62,662 nucleotides of DNA, filler included, from Chiloscyllium plagiosum (GCF_004010195.1; 3 parts of one record of this genome joined end to end with filler, not necessarily neighbours in it), one strand, 5' to 3'; positions 1 through 12,994 are shown, numbered from the whole stretch's first letter. The notes: a model not told the origin generated them from the letters alone. Numbers and translations are program-made.

Positions 1-141
1 GGTCAGTGATCAGGGTGGGTCAGTGATCAGGGAGGGTCAGTGATCAGGGTGGGTCAGTGATCAGGAAGAGTCAGGGTGGGGTCAGTGATCAGGGACAGTC
101 AGGGTGGGGTCAGTGATCAGGGAGGGTCAGTGATCACGGGA
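1..141. repeat. 17-bp minisatellite (GGTCAGTGATCAGGGWG) with interspersed 11-bp AGTCAGGGTGG units, truncated by the window start
   Basis: About 7 direct copies read from the sequence. Confidence 0.9.
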
Positions 142-589
142 CAAAGCCTGGAAAACAAAGCAGGAAAATGAACCAGTCTCTGACATTGCTGAGACCTCTC
201 ATTGAATTCCCGTTTCAGTGCTCACTCCACACCATGTGCTGTCTTGTGTATTTGCACAGTGCACATGCCAAAGCGACTCAAACTTAATTGTTGCTTTGGC
301 CTGTCTCCAGAACAACACTTAGAGGTCATTACAAATAGGAAACATCTCAACAAATAATGGCTGATGTAACGGTTTTTGTTTTGAATTATTCCCTGGGTGA
401 TGTCTTTGCTGTTTGGTCATCCTTTCTGAGATCCATTGCCAAGATGTAGTGGCTCTTCCTCCAGTTCACATGGGCCCTGTAGCAGGAGGGAACCACGCTG
501 TTCCCATCTGAAGAGCAGTGTGTCAGTGGGCAGCTCAGAACCATCCCCATCACTGTGGCCCTCGAGTCACATGCTAGCTAGGCTGAGCT

Positions 590-935
590 AGGCAATGACC
601 TAGTGGTATTGTCACTGGGATATTAATCCAGAGGCCCAGCTAATGCCTTTGGGGGCCTGGCAGGTGGTGGAAGTTAAATTGGTTTGTTTAAAAAACCTGG
701 AATTAAGAGTCTAATGATGACCCTGAATCCATTGTCAACTGTTGGGAAAATGCATCTGGTTCACTAATGTCCTTTAGGGAAGGAAACTGCCATCCTTACC
801 TGGTCTGGGCCTACGCGTGACTCCAGACCAACAGCAAGGTGATTGACTCTTAACTGCCCCCTGGGTAATTAGAGATGGGCAGTAAATGCTGCCTAGCCAG
901 CAACGCCCTCATCTTGTAAATAAAATTCTTAAAAA
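590..935 (+). mobile_element. Shark tRNA-derived SINE (possibly SacSINE1/Deu-like) with a LINE-type 3' tail
   Basis: Shared core 'catctggttcactaatgtcctttagggaaggaaactgc...gtgactccagacc' and tail 'gatgggcagtaaatgctgcctagccagc'. Related copies at ~1460-1745, ~20040-20355, ~51320-51600 and ~57125-57392. Family name is inferred. Confidence 0.6.
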
Positions 936-1879
936 ATTAAAGTATGGACATCAGCTCTCCCTGAAGGGCGTTAGTGAATCAGATGGGTTTCTCTACATTA
1001 CTCACAATGTGCCTGAAGATATTGTTAATCAATCTGACCAGAGTGTTGCAACATAGCTCTTAAACAGGTCAGGCCCTGAGGTAGGGACACTACCACTTCA
1101 CCAGACCCTGCACGACTTGCTACAGATATTTTCTAAGAAGCTGGCTTGGAGGTGACATGACACATCAAGTGGAGTTTGAGTTCTCCTGTCTCAGAGGTAG
1201 CGACACTACCACTGCATTGCACAGTCTGTCTTTTTATTCGGGTTAAGGGGAGATAAGGGAGAGAGGGGAGGGTACCATCCAAATTAAACTGGGTTGGGGG
1301 TGGATTGAAATAACACTCTCCAGCTCCTGGGGTGCCCATAGTCCCACCAGGTTTACTCCCTGACTTCGAAACGCTGTCAGTGAGCCTGGACTCAAACCTG
1401 TGGCTTGAGATTATCAGTCCTTAAACTAACACAACTGTGAGGTTATCGGATTAACAGGGAGGCAGCCCAGTGGTAATGCAAATGGTTCAAATCCCATCGG
1501 GTTAGCTAGTGGAATTTAAACTAAAATTGGAAAGTAAAGCTGGTCTCAGGGATGGGGACCATGAAGGTATCATTGATTATCATAATATCCCACCTGGTTT
1601 ACAAGGAAAGGAATGCTGTCAGCCTTACCTGGTCCAGCCTACACGTGACTCCAGACCCACAGAAATGTGGTGGACTCTTAACTACCCTTTGAAATGGCCG
1701 AGCAAGCCACTCAGTTGAAGGGCAGTGAGTGCTGGCCTTGTCAGTAACAAAGATTTGCATTTATGTAGCACCTTTCACATGCACAGGACGTTCAATGGAA
1801 AAGACACCTCCTTTAGAACAACTTTCCCAAAGTAAAGGTGAGGTGCCATAACTAGCTCAGTGTAAAGCAGGGTGTCACA

Positions 1880-3208
1880 AAGTCCCAGTGAGTAACTTTG
1901 ATCGGGGACTCTCTGATCGGGGGATCAGATGGGCGGTTTTCTCTAGCTGTGAGCGAGACTCCAGGGCGGGGGTGTTTCCTCCTGGTGCCAGGGTCAGGGA
2001 CATCTCGGAACGATTACAGCAAATTCTCAAAGCGGGGCCACAGGTCATTGTCCACATTGGTCCCAACAACACAGTTAGAGAGAGGGATGGAGTCCTACTG
2101 AGTGAGTATTGGGGGAGTTAGGCAGGAGGTTAAAAAGCAGAGTGTTAGTGGGGGAATACCTTGAGACCCATAGGAAGGGTTTAGAGGGATATGGGCCAAT
2201 TGCTAGATTAGGTTGGGATATCTGGTCAGCAAGGACGAGTTAGACTGAAGGGTCTGTTTCAGTGCTGTATATCTCCAAGACTCCATGATTCTATGACTAT
2301 AATTCTATCAGTTTTTAAATAGTTATGGAAACGGAAAGGGCTGGTCCACAAGTTAAAGTTTTAAATTGGGGCCAGATCAATTTTGATGGTATTAGACAGG
2401 AATTCCCAAAAGTTGATTGGGGGAAAGGGACACCTGGCAAATGGGAAGCCTTCAAAAGCGAGCTAACGGGCGTTCAGGGACTCGGGCGTTAGTGTGAAGG
2501 GCAAGGCTAACAGGAGTGGGTGACCAGAGATATGGAGGCTCTGCTAAAGGTAAGGAAGGAGGTATGTGTCAGTTATCGACAGCTGGGATTGAGGGAAACC
2601 CTACGGAGGGAATTCAGGAAAGCAGAAAGGGGTCATGAAGGATGAGATTAAGGAGACTCTAAAGTACGTTAAGGGCAAAAAAAAACGAAAGGAGAGAATA
2701 GGGCCCCTTAAAGACCAATGAAGCCATCTATATGCACCACCGCAGGACGGGACGTGGGTGAGTTACTGAACAGATATTTCTATTTACCATGGGCAAAGAC
2801 ATGGAAGCTGGGGAACTTGGGGAAATATCTTGGCATTTCTTGAAAAAGAATCCACATTATGGAAGAAGAGGTGCTGGATGGTCTAAACATATAAAGGTAG
2901 ATAAATCCCTGGGATCTGATCAGATGTTTCCTCAAACTTTATGGGAAGCTAGGGAAATGATTGCTGGCCTCATTGTTGAGATATTTGTATCATTGACAGC
3001 CACAGGTGAGGTGCTGGAAGACTGGAGATTATCTAATGTGATTCTGTTATTTAAAGGCTGTAAGGAAAAGGCAGGGACCTATAAACTAGTGAGCCTTAAG
3101 TCAGAGATGGGTAAATTGTTGGTGTAGATTCTGAGGGATAGGATTTGCATGGATATGGAAAGGCAGTGACTGATTGGGATAGTCAGCATGGCTTTATGCA
3201 CGAGAAAT
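1880..3208 (+). mobile_element. Degenerate CR1 LINE pieces: ORF1 SGNH esterase fragment, a 3'-end piece and an ORF2 middle piece
   Basis: Peptides 'IGDSLIGGSD', 'FPPGARVRDISERLQQIL..PQVIVHIGPNN' (CR1 ORF1 esterase) and 'DKSLGSDQMFPQTLWEARE...EDWRLSNV' (CR1 ORF2). Many stops and frameshifts. Confidence 0.85.
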
Positions 3209-3637
3209 AAGAACATAAGAAGTAGGTACAGGGGTGGGCCATCTGGCCCTTCGAGTCTGCTCTGCCTTTTAATAAGATCATGGCTGATCTTTCCATAGCC
3301 TCAGCTCCACCTACCTGCCCTCTCACCATAATCCTTGATTCCTTTACTGTTTAAAAAATCTTAGCTTTAAAAACATTTACTGAGGAAGTCTCAGCCACGT
3401 TACTGAGTAGGGAATTCCACAGATTCACAATCCTCTGGGTGAAGAAGTTCCTTCTCAATTCAGTCCTAAATCTGCTTTCCCTAATTTTGAGGCTATGCCC
3501 TATTGTCCTAGTTTCATATGCCAGTGGAAATATCCTCTCTACTTCTATCTCATCTATCCCCTTCATAATTTTACATGTTTCTATAAGATTCTCCCTCAAT
3601 TCCAATGAATATACTCCCAGTCTACCGAGTCTCTCCT

Positions 3638-3768
3638 TTCCTGAAGAAGGGCTCATGCCCGAAACGTCGATTCTCCTGTTCCCTGGATGCTGCCTGACCT
3701 GCTGCGCTTTTCCAGCAACACATTATCAGCTCTGATCTCCAGCATCTGCAGCCCTCACTTTCTCCTCT
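3638..3768 (+). mobile_element. PLE 3'-end fragment carrying a minimal hammerhead motif, inserted in CR1
   Basis: 'cctgaagaagggctcatgcccgaaacgtcg...ctcactttctcct', the same sequence that follows PLE GIY-YIG coding sequence at 30627-31030. Confidence 0.8.
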
Positions 3769-4202
3769 CTCCTCATAAGCCAACACCCTTGTGTACCAGT
3801 ACATCCTTCCTCAAGTAAGGAGACCAAAACTGCACACAGTACTCCAGGTGTGGCCTCATCAGCACTCTGTCCAGCTGCAACATAACCTTGCTCCTTTTAA
3901 ACTCAACCCCTTTAGCAATGAAGGACAAAGTTCCATTTGCCTTCCTGATAGCCTGTTGTACCAGCAGACCAACCTTCTGTGGTTCACACACAAGGCCACT
4001 CAAGTCCCTCTGCACAGCAGCGTGCTGCAATTTCTTACTTCAAGTAATAGTCCTTTTTACTGCTATTCCTACCAAAATGGATGACTTCACAAATACTAAC
4101 ATTGTAATCCATCTGCCAGACCTTTGCTCACTCACTTAAATTATCTATGTCCCTTTGCAAAGTTTCACAGTCCTCCGCACACTTTGCCCTACCACTTAAT
4201 GT

Positions 4203-4525
4203 TGCACAGTGACTCAGTGGTTAGTACTGCTGCCTCACAGCGCCAGGGGCTTGGGGTTCAATTCCCACCTCGGGCAACTGTCTGTGTGGAGTTTGCACAT
4301 TCTCCCCGTGTCTGTGTGGGTTTCCTCTGGCTGCTCCAGTTTCCTCACACAATCCAAAGATGTGCAGGTCAGGGGAATTGGCCATGCTAAACTGCCCATA
4401 GTGTTCAGGGATGTGTAGGGTAGGTGCATTAGCCCGTAGGGTAATGGGTCTGGGTGGGTTACTCTTCAGTGGGTTGGTATGGATTTGTTGGGCCAAATGG
4501 CCTGTTTCCACACTGGGGATTCTAT
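4203..4525 (+). mobile_element. HE1-like tRNA-derived V-SINE nested in CR1
   Basis: A/B-box head 'gactcagtggttagtactgctgcctcacagcgccagg...ggttcaattcc', V-domain-like 'tgtgtggagtttgcacattctccccgtgtctg' and CR1-like tail 'ggccaaatggcctgtttc'. Confidence 0.85.
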
Positions 4526-7500
4526 GATTCATCTTAGTGTCATGCACAAACTTTGACACACTGCACATGGTCCCCAGCTCCAAATCATCTCTGTAAATTG
4601 TGAATAATTGTGGCCCCAACACCGATCTTTGAGATACACCACTAGTCATTGATTGCTAACCAAAAAAGCACTTATTTAACCTCATTCTTGCTTCCTGTTA
4701 GTCAACCAATCCTCTATCCATACTAATACTTTACCCGTAACGTCATACATCTTTGTCTCATGCAGCAGCATCTTGGGCATCACCTTGTCGAAGGTACAAC
4801 ACATCAACTGGGTCCCCATTGTCCAACGTGTTTGTAATGTCTTCATAGAATTCCCCAAAAAATTAGTTCAGCATAACCTGCCCTTCATGAACCCATGCTG
4901 CATCTGGCCACCAGGACAATTTCTATCCCGATGCCTTGCTATTTCTTCCTTGATCATAGACTCAAGGATCGTCCCCACCACAGACGTTAAGCTAACCGGT
5001 CTATAATGCACAACCTTTTATCTACCGCCCTTTTTAAACAGTAGTGTCACATTTGCTGTTTTCCAGTCTGCTAGGACTGCTCCAGAGTCCAAATTTTGGA
5101 AAATTATCACCAGTGCACTTGTTATTTCTCCCACCATCTCTTTTAGTTCCCTGGGATGCACTCCATCAGAGCTAGGAGACGTGTTTACCCCAAGCTCCAT
5201 TAGCTTGCCCAACACTACCTCTTCCGTAATAATGATTGTTTCCAGATCCTCACTTACCTTTGTCTCTTTGTCAGTGACTGGCAATTTATTCTTGTCCTCC
5301 ACTGTGAAGACCAATACAAAATACCTGTTCAATATCTTGGCAGTTTCCTCATGTTGCATTACTAAATCCCTCTTCTCATCTTCAAAGGACCAATATTTAA
5401 TTTAGTGACTTTTAAAAGATATATTTATAGAAACCTTTACTTTCTGTATTTATATTTTGAGCTAGTTTTTTTTCTCATACTCTACCTTACTTTCCCTAAT
5501 AGCTCTTCGTGGCTTTCTGTTGACTTTTAAAGCTTTCCCAACCTTCTAGTTTCCTGCTGATCTTGGTCACTCTATATGACTTCTCTTCAAATTTGATAGC
5601 CTCCCTTCTTTCCTTAGACCCCTCTGGCAGGTTACCCCTTTTCCTTCAGTCCAGCCTTTTCACTGAAATATGCTTTTGCTGAGCACTTTGAAAAATTGCT
5701 TTGAAAGTCCTCCACTATTCCACCAGACAGTCTTTATTTCCAGTCCAACTTAGCCAATTCCTCCCTCATTCTATTGTAGTCTCCCTTGTATAAGCACAGG
5801 ATGCTGGTACTGGATTTTATCTTCACAATTTCCATCTGTATTATAAATTCAGTGATTGCCCCTTCCAAGAGGATCCCTGACTATGACATCATTGATTATT
5901 CCTGTATCATTACAAAGGAGCAGATCTAGGATAGCTTGCTCCCTCATCAGCTCCATTACATATTGTTCAAGAAAGACAAGATACATTCAATGAACCCCTC
6001 CTCAAGGCTACCCTGACCGAACTGGTTCAACCAATTGACATATAGATTCAAATCCACAGTGATAATTGCTGTATGATTTTTTTTTTTACAGGCATTAGTT
6101 ATTTCTTTGTTTATTGGTTGCCTCAATGTGATATTATTATTTGGTAGCTTATAGACTACACCCATCAGTGACTTATTATTCTTAGAATTGCTCATTTCCA
6201 CCCAAATGGATTCAGGCTTATTCTCCATACAAGCAAGATCTCTCAACTGCCCTGAAGTTGTCCTTAAATATCAGAGATATGCCACCTCCCTTACTTCCCT
6301 GTCTGTCCTTCTGAATAGTCTTATGCCCAGAGATGTTTAACTCCCAGTCATGACCTTGCTGCAACCATGTCTCCACAATGGCTACTAAATCATATTCATA
6401 CACAATGATGTTTGTTAACACATCTACCTTGTTACAAATACTACAAGCATTCAGCTAAAGTGCTCTTATGCTAGGTTTCTTTTGTACCCTCTTCATGAAT
6501 TCCAATATCTCCAATAATAATAGCTGAATTATGCTTTCTTTTTACTACTTTCACAGTCTTCCATGTAGTTAAACCCTCCTGTACACATGGTAACCTTTTC
6601 ATTTACCACCAAACTTTCTGTTGCTTTTCCCTTCCCTTTCCTGACCCCACCAGCCCCCTCCTCCCCACCCCCACCACCACCACCAATCACTAGTTCCAAG
6701 TCCTAGTGACCACCCTATTTACCCTTTTCGCTAGAAGACTGGTTCCAGACCGGTTCAGGTGAAGTCCTGCCTTGTCTCATTACTCAGATCGGTGGCTGCG
6801 TTCGGAAAATAAATGTTTGGTACGGTTTAATAACTTTCGCATCCGGCACAGCATCTGTCACCCAGGTTTGCGTAACTTGGATCTTATGAAATTAAACAAA
6901 GGAGTAAAACACCACAGCTTGCTTTTCTGAAATGGGATTAAATCCAGGGACCCATGGAATGTCTCTAATCACTCCCAGGGCTGCTGCAGCGTGGGAAAAG
7001 GAGGAGATCATTGTGAAAGAATTCAGTGTTGGCAAACGGATTCCCATTTTCCCTGTGTACCTGAGAACTTCAGGAGATGGGAGAGTAAGTGAGTATGGCA
7101 GCATTATTGGCCATCTATTCAGATAATGATACCCAGGCTGGGACGAGAAGGGACAGAGTGTACAAACATAGCAACGCAGCAGTAACTCGGGTCAATACCA
7201 GAAATAATGTCAAAAAGGAAAAATTCAAGGTTCATTGCTAGAATGCACATAATGTCTGGAACAAAATAGATTAATTAACAGCACAAACACAGGTTAATGA
7301 ACATGGTCTTACAACTACTTCAGATACATGGTTAGAAAGAGATCTAAGCTGGGATTAATGGGTCCATGACTTTTCTAAAGGGCAGCCTGTATAGACAGGG
7401 TGGTAGGGTGGCACTGTTAGCACAGGACGGGATAACTCCAGCAGCAAGAAATGAGCTTGAGGAGAGACGCAGAATCCATAGAGGTGGGAGCTAAGAAATA

Positions 7501-7751
7501 AAAAGGGGAGGAAGACAATTCTGGTCGTCACGCTAGCCAGGACGGTGTGGAGGCTTTGGTGAGGGTTCAGTAACGGCTTAACAGGATGCTAAGTGGTTTG
7601 GAGGGTTATAGCTATGGGGAGAGAGATTGGAGAGACTCAAATTGTTTCCACTCGACCATCAGAGACTGAGGGTCGACTTGACAGAAGTTTACAGCATTAT
7701 AAGCGGCCTGGTTAGAACAGATGGTCGAAGTTATTTCCCCAGGGTAGAGAC

Positions 7752-7960
7752 TAGGAGAAAGTGAGGACTGCAGATGCTGGAGACCAGAGTTGAAAAATGC
7801 AGCGCTGGAAAAACACAGCAGGCCAGGCAGCATCCGAGGAGCAGGAGAATCGACGTTTCGGGCATTCCTGAAGAAGGGCTTATGCCCGAAATGTCGATTC
7901 TCCTGCTCCTCGGATGCTGCCTGGGCTGCTGTGTTTTTCCAGCACCACATTTTACAACTC
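7752..7960. mobile_element. Palindromic PLE-tail element (hammerhead at the pivot), TSD CAGGGTAGWGAC
   Basis: Arms are reverse complements. Flanks 7740-7751 and 7960-7971 are a direct repeat with 1 mismatch. Confidence 0.85.
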
Positions 7961-8147
7961 AGGGTAGTGACGTCAATTACTGGGAGATATATGTTGAAGG
8001 TACAAGGGGGGTAAGTTTGAAGGAGATGTGAGAGCCAGGTTTTTAACACAGAGGATGGTAAGTGCCTGGAATGCACTGCCACAGGAGGTGAGGGAGGCAG
8101 GTACAATAGCAATGTTTAAGAGACACCTTGACAGTTATATGAAGATT

Positions 8148-8310
8148 CGCAAAATGTGTTGCTGGAAAAGCACAGGAGGTCAGGCAGCATTCGAGGAGCA
8201 GGAGGATTGACCTTTCAGGCAAAAGCCCTTCATCAGAATGTTGGGGGAGGGGTGCCAAGGGGGCTGAGAGATAAATGGGAGGGGGGGTGGGACTGGGGGG
8301 AAGGGAGTTT
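8148..8310 (-). mobile_element. PLE 3'-end fragment with a degenerate hammerhead
   Basis: Reverse complement reads 'ctgatgaagggcttttgcctgaaaggtcaatcctcctgctcctcgaatgctgcctgacc'. Confidence 0.75.
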
Positions 8311-9232
8311 GGAAGCATCAATACATGAAGAGGGAGAGGGTAGAGGCAAAAGGTTTTTATTTAAGAAAGACATTATATATCAGTGCTGGCTTGATGGGCC
8401 AAAGGGCCTGTTCCTGTGCTTTGATGACTGCTGCTTTTGATTCTTTCACTCACTGGTAGGAATGGTCCCTGAGCCCCTAACAGTAGCTTTACAGACAGCC
8501 AGGGAATAAATCAGGAGATAATGACAGCGTGTAACAAATACAGAGCAGATTTTAATCTTCATGTACATTGGGATATTCAGATTGTCAGAGCAGACCATGA
8601 GGAAGAATGTTTTGAAAGTATTCGGAACAGTTTCTGTGAGCAAATTATTTGTGGATCCAACCAGGGATCAGGCTAATTTGGATCAAGTGTTATGTAATGA
8701 AACCGGTTTAATAAATGATCTCAGAGCCAGAAGATACCCAAGGAAACAGTGATCATAATGTTGCATTCTTTCTGAGAGGGAGGACCTCGGGTCTGAAACA
8801 ACTGAGCTGAACTTAAATCAGGGTAATTACAAAGGGTAGAGCTGGCTGGAGTGGGCTGGGGAAGGGGTTCAGCAGCAAAGGTGGTAGAGGAACAATTAGT
8901 AGACTTTTAAGAAAGTAGTTCATGGGTCACAACAAAGACATATCCCAGTGAGGAAGAAGGATTCTTGGATGGAGAAATGCCAATTATTGTTAATCAGGGA
9001 AGAGGGAACATAGGTTTCTTAGGGAGTGAGGCTGGGGAAATAATAATGGGGAAACCAGAAAATAGCAGCAAAGTTGAATAAATATTTTGCATCAGAGTAA
9101 AAGATGCTAAAAGCCCCAAAAATACTAATTGTTCAAGGGGCAAAAAGAGGAGAGGGAATAAATACCATAACTCTCACTGGAAGAAATGTGATCGGGAGGC
9201 TAATGTGGCAAAAGGCCAAAACGCCCCGTGGA

Positions 9233-9336
9233 CCTAATGGGATATATCCTAATGGGATATATCCTAATGGGATCTATCCTAATGGGATATATCCTAATGG
9301 GATATATCCTAATGGGATCTATCCTAATGGGATATT
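9233..9336 (+). repeat. 15-bp tandem repeat CCTAATGGGATMTAT x ~7 inside CR1 ORF2 (in-frame PNGIY repeats)
   Basis: Direct reading; ORF 9104-9454 shows (NGIYP)6. Confidence 0.95.
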
Positions 9337-10037
9337 AAAGGAAATAGCCACAGATATACTGGATTCACTGGCAGCAATCTTCCAGGAATCTTGGAAAAAT
9401 CCCAAAGGGCTGGAAAACTGCCAGTGTAACAGTTTATTTATAAAGGGAAAGTAAGGTCACTATTAGTCAGCTGGTGAAACATTGATCATTAGGCAAATGA
9501 GCTTTATAAAGGAAATAATAACAGGGCATTGAGACATACAGAGTCTGAGCAAGCAGGGTCAGTGTGGGTTCACAAAGGGGAAATCACACCTGACACATTT
9601 ACTAGAATTCTTTGAGGAGGTAACAAGCCGGATAGATGAAGGGGGAGCAGTGGATGTAATAGATTTGGATTTTCAGAAGGTGTTCGATAAGGTGCCACAC
9701 ATTAGGCAACTAAATAAGAGCCCATGGTGTTGGGGACAGTATATTAACATGGATAGAGGATTGGCTAACTGACAGAAAACAGAGGGTGGGGATAAGGGGT
9801 GCACTTTCAAGATGGCAATCTGTAACTAGGGGAGAGCCACAGGGGTCAGTGCTGGGACCACAATGATTTACAATAATATTAATGGGATAAGGGAAGTGGA
9901 TGTACTGTAGCCAAGATTGTGGATGAAGCAAAGACAGATGGGAAGGGACCTGGTGAGGAGGACACACACAGACTGCTGAGGGATACAGTGAGGCTATAGA
10001 CAGATTGGAAAAGATTTGGCGGATGGAACATAATCGA

Positions 10038-10256
10038 GAGAGTGTGTTGCTGGAAAAGCACAGCAAGTCAGGCAGCATCCAAGGTGCAGGAGAATTGACG
10101 TTTCGAGCATAAACCCTTCATCGGGATTCCTGATGAAAGACTTATGCCCGAAACATCGATTTTCCTGCTCCTCGGATGCTGCCTGACTTGCTGTGCTTTT
10201 CCAGCACCACACTCGCGACTCCGATCTCTAACATCTGCAGTCCTCACTTTCCCCTA
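10038..10256. mobile_element. Palindromic PLE-tail element (hammerhead at the pivot)
   Basis: Inverted arms around 'cccttcatcggga|ttcctgatgaaag'. Imperfect TSD gatggaacataat / gatggaatctaat. Confidence 0.8.
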
Positions 10257-10461
10257 GATGGAATCTAATGTAGGGACACGTGAGGTGATGCATTTTGGCA
10301 GGAAGAAGAGATGAGATGAATATTATTTACATGGCCAAAGCCTGCAGAAAGCTTTGGAAGAGAGGGATTTGGGAATCTTCATCACTGAATCATGAAAACA
10401 TAGCATTCAAATTCAGCAGGAAAGAGGGAAGGTAAAATTGGTCTTTATTTCAAAGAGAATG

Positions 10462-10586
10462 AAGAAGAGCTCATGCCCGAAATGTCGATTCTCCTGCTCC
10501 TCGGATGCTGCCTGGCCTGCTGTGTTTTTCCAGCAACACATTTTTCAACTCTGGTCTCCAGCATCTGCAGTCCTCACTTTCTCCTC
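10462..10586 (+). mobile_element. PLE 3'-end fragment (single arm)
   Basis: 'gaagaagagctcatgcccgaaatgtcgattctcctgctcc...ctcactttctcc'. Confidence 0.75.
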
Positions 10587-11359
10587 CCTTAAAACTGGGA
10601 GGTTTTGCTAAAACAATACAAGGCACTGGTCAGACCCCAGCTGGAATACTGTGAACAATTTTAAATCCAGTGCGAGCAGCAGCGAAGGTAAGACCGTTTG
10701 GTTTTAAAAGTGCTTACCGGTAGCGGGCAGCGGTGTTTTTTTTTTACAAGGCACTGGTCAGACCCCAGCTGGAATACTGTGAACAATTTTAAATCCCTTA
10801 TCTGAGGAACGGTAGACTGACATCGGAGTCAGTGCTGGGAAGGTTCCCTCACTGATCCCGGGGATGGACGGAGTGTTCTATGAGGGGAGGTTGAGGAGGA
10901 TGGGCCCGTGCTCATTGGGGGTTAGAAGGATGAGAGGTGACCTTACTGAAACGTGCAGGATTCTCAGGGGATGTGACAGGGGGAGATATGGGAAGGGTGT
11001 TCCCCCTTGTGAGGGAGAGACTAGGACCAGAGGGAATCATCTCAGAATAAGGGCTCACCCATTGGAGACAGGGATGAGGAGGAATGTCTTCCCTCAGAGG
11101 GGGATGAATCTGAGGGAGTCTTTCCCACTGAGGGCTGTCGGGGCTGGGTCATTCAAGGCTGAGACAGAGAGAGTTTTAATCAGGAAGGGGATCGAGGGGA
11201 AAGGCAGGAAAGTGGGGTTGGGGATGATCAGGTCAGACACGATCCCACTGAATGGTGGAGCAGACTCGATGGGCCGAATGGCCTACTCCTGCTTCTTATG
11301 GTCTTGTCTTCTAGACTGACACTTTCCAATTAACAAAACAGTCTTCAAGGAATCTTGTA

Positions 11360-11550
11360 GAAAAACTGAAAGAACCGCAGATGCTGTACAGCAGAGACAG
11401 AAGTAGAAATTGCTGGAAAAGCTCAGCAGGTCTGGCAGCATCTGTGGAGAAAAATCAGAGTTACTGTTAACCCGAAACATTAACTGTGCTTTCTCTCCAC
11501 AGATGCTGCCAGACCTGCTGAGCGTTTCCAGCAATGTCTGCTTTAGTCTT
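11360..11550. mobile_element. Palindromic element from a second PLE-tail family
   Basis: 'gctggaaaagctcagcaggtctggcagcatctgtggaga' and its reverse complement; related to the PLE remnant at 51885-52520. Confidence 0.7.
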
Positions 11551-12451
11551 CAGAGAATTTTGGGGCAAGATGTGAGAATCTTTGATGGACAGAGTATAGA
11601 GGGACTTTGACACTGCATCAACAACACCCCCATAAACCCCCCAAACATGGTGCTCAGTGCTAACTGTTGTTGAATGTCATAAATCATTGCCTCTGACCCC
11701 TCAGCCAGCGCTGTAAGCAATTGTTAATCTAAACAGTTTATCTTTTGCTACTCAGGCAGACATCTGGAACAGGATAGCCGATGGTTCAAAGTCACCAAAT
11801 GCAAGCTGACAGGCAGCTCTCAAAGACCAATCCAAACATTTAAATCAGAAATTAAACCATTAACCACAAACATCTGGGCAGCATTTCCCCACTGACGGTT
11901 ACCATATTCACTCCTGGTCTGGATGCATACTTTGCAAATGAAGAATATCCTCTGTTACACAAGGGGCCATGTCAACTGTACTGTCTTGGTGACTGGATAC
12001 ATGTCGCCTCTCTGCAAGGACGTCCATTGCAGTGATGAAACACATACCCAACTTGAAGGCTCCATCAGATATCCTTGTTGAAGAAGGCTCCTTGCCTTCA
12101 GGGCCAGCTCATGCTGAGATGGTGCACTGGCCGAGACCAGAGCTTCCACACATGTGCCCACTACCCATTTGAAGGAAAAGGGCAACAGAAGGATGGGAAC
12201 GGAGGCTGGGAATACTGCAGCGAGGAACTCCCCCACCCCGACTCCCCAAAGCCTGTCCGCCATCTACAAGGCACAAATAAGGAGTGTGATGGAATTTTTG
12301 GTTGATTTGATTATCCCCATTTCCCTGCCCTTTCCCCATAACCCTTGACCCCCTTCCTGATTAACAATCTGTCTCTCCCTCAGCCTTGAAGAGACTGAGT
12401 GACCCAGCCCCACAAGCCCTCTGTGGGAAAGAATTCCGCAGGTACACTCCC

Positions 12452-12786
12452 CTCGGCAGCATCCTGGTAAATCTCCTCAGTGCTCTCTAAAGCTTCCACA
12501 TCCTTCCTATAATGAGGTGACCAGAACTGAACACAATATTCCAAGTGTGGTCTAACCAGGGCTCTATAGAGCTGCAGCATAACCTCGCGGTTCTTAAACT
12601 CAATCCCCCTGCTAATGAAAGCCAACATACCATACACCTTCTTAACGATCCTATCAACTTGGGTGACAACTTTGAGCGATCTATGGATGTGGGCCCCAAG
12701 ATCCCTCTGTTCCTCCACACTGCCAAGAATCCTGCCTTTAACCCTATAATCTGCATTCAAATTCGACCTTCCAAAATGCATCACTG
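12452..12786 (-). mobile_element. CR1 LINE RT fragment
   Basis: ORF 'MHFGRSN...ERDLG...RPHLEYCVQFWSPHYRKDVEALE'. Confidence 0.9.
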
Positions 12787-12994
12787 TGTGAGCGTGTGGG
12801 TCTGAGTCTGAGTGTGTGTTTTAGAGGATATTGAGAGGTATACATAGTTAAAATTGTATATTCCTGACTCTGAATGCTCACCAGTTATAGCATGTTTAAA
12901 ATGTCGTTTTAATAATAAACCAATGATTGCGTTTATTAACAGAGGAGGCGGCCATTCAGCCCTTTGAACCTGCTCTCCCAATCATGGCTGATCA

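Larger units (their letters stand above)
3209..6770 (-). mobile_element. Long decayed CR1 LINE (endonuclease to RT to 3'UTR) with nested insertions
   Basis: Minus-strand ORFs 'YDLVAIVETWLQ' (APE endonuclease), 'SGVSQRSVLGPQLFTIY...SKFVHDTK' (RT), 'RPHLEYCVQFWSPY' and 'RRNFFTQRIVNLWNSL'. Confidence 0.9.
7200..11310 (+). mobile_element. Decayed CR1 LINE ORF2 with several nested insertions (CR1 3' piece ~7545-8430, PLE fragments)
   Basis: Endonuclease-like start near 7230, 'gatttggattttcagaaggtgttcgataaggtgccacac' (LDFQKxFDKVPH) near 9665, and a CR1 3' end at 10800-11305. Confidence 0.85.

Noticed and set aside
4203..4275. tRNA gene
   Set aside because: It is the tRNA-derived head of an HE1-like SINE and continues into SINE body and tail.
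6892..7104. TMEM267 exon expected from PAIP1 synteny
   Set aside because: The peptide does not resemble TMEM267, and it lies on the wrong side of PAIP1 across artificial spacers.
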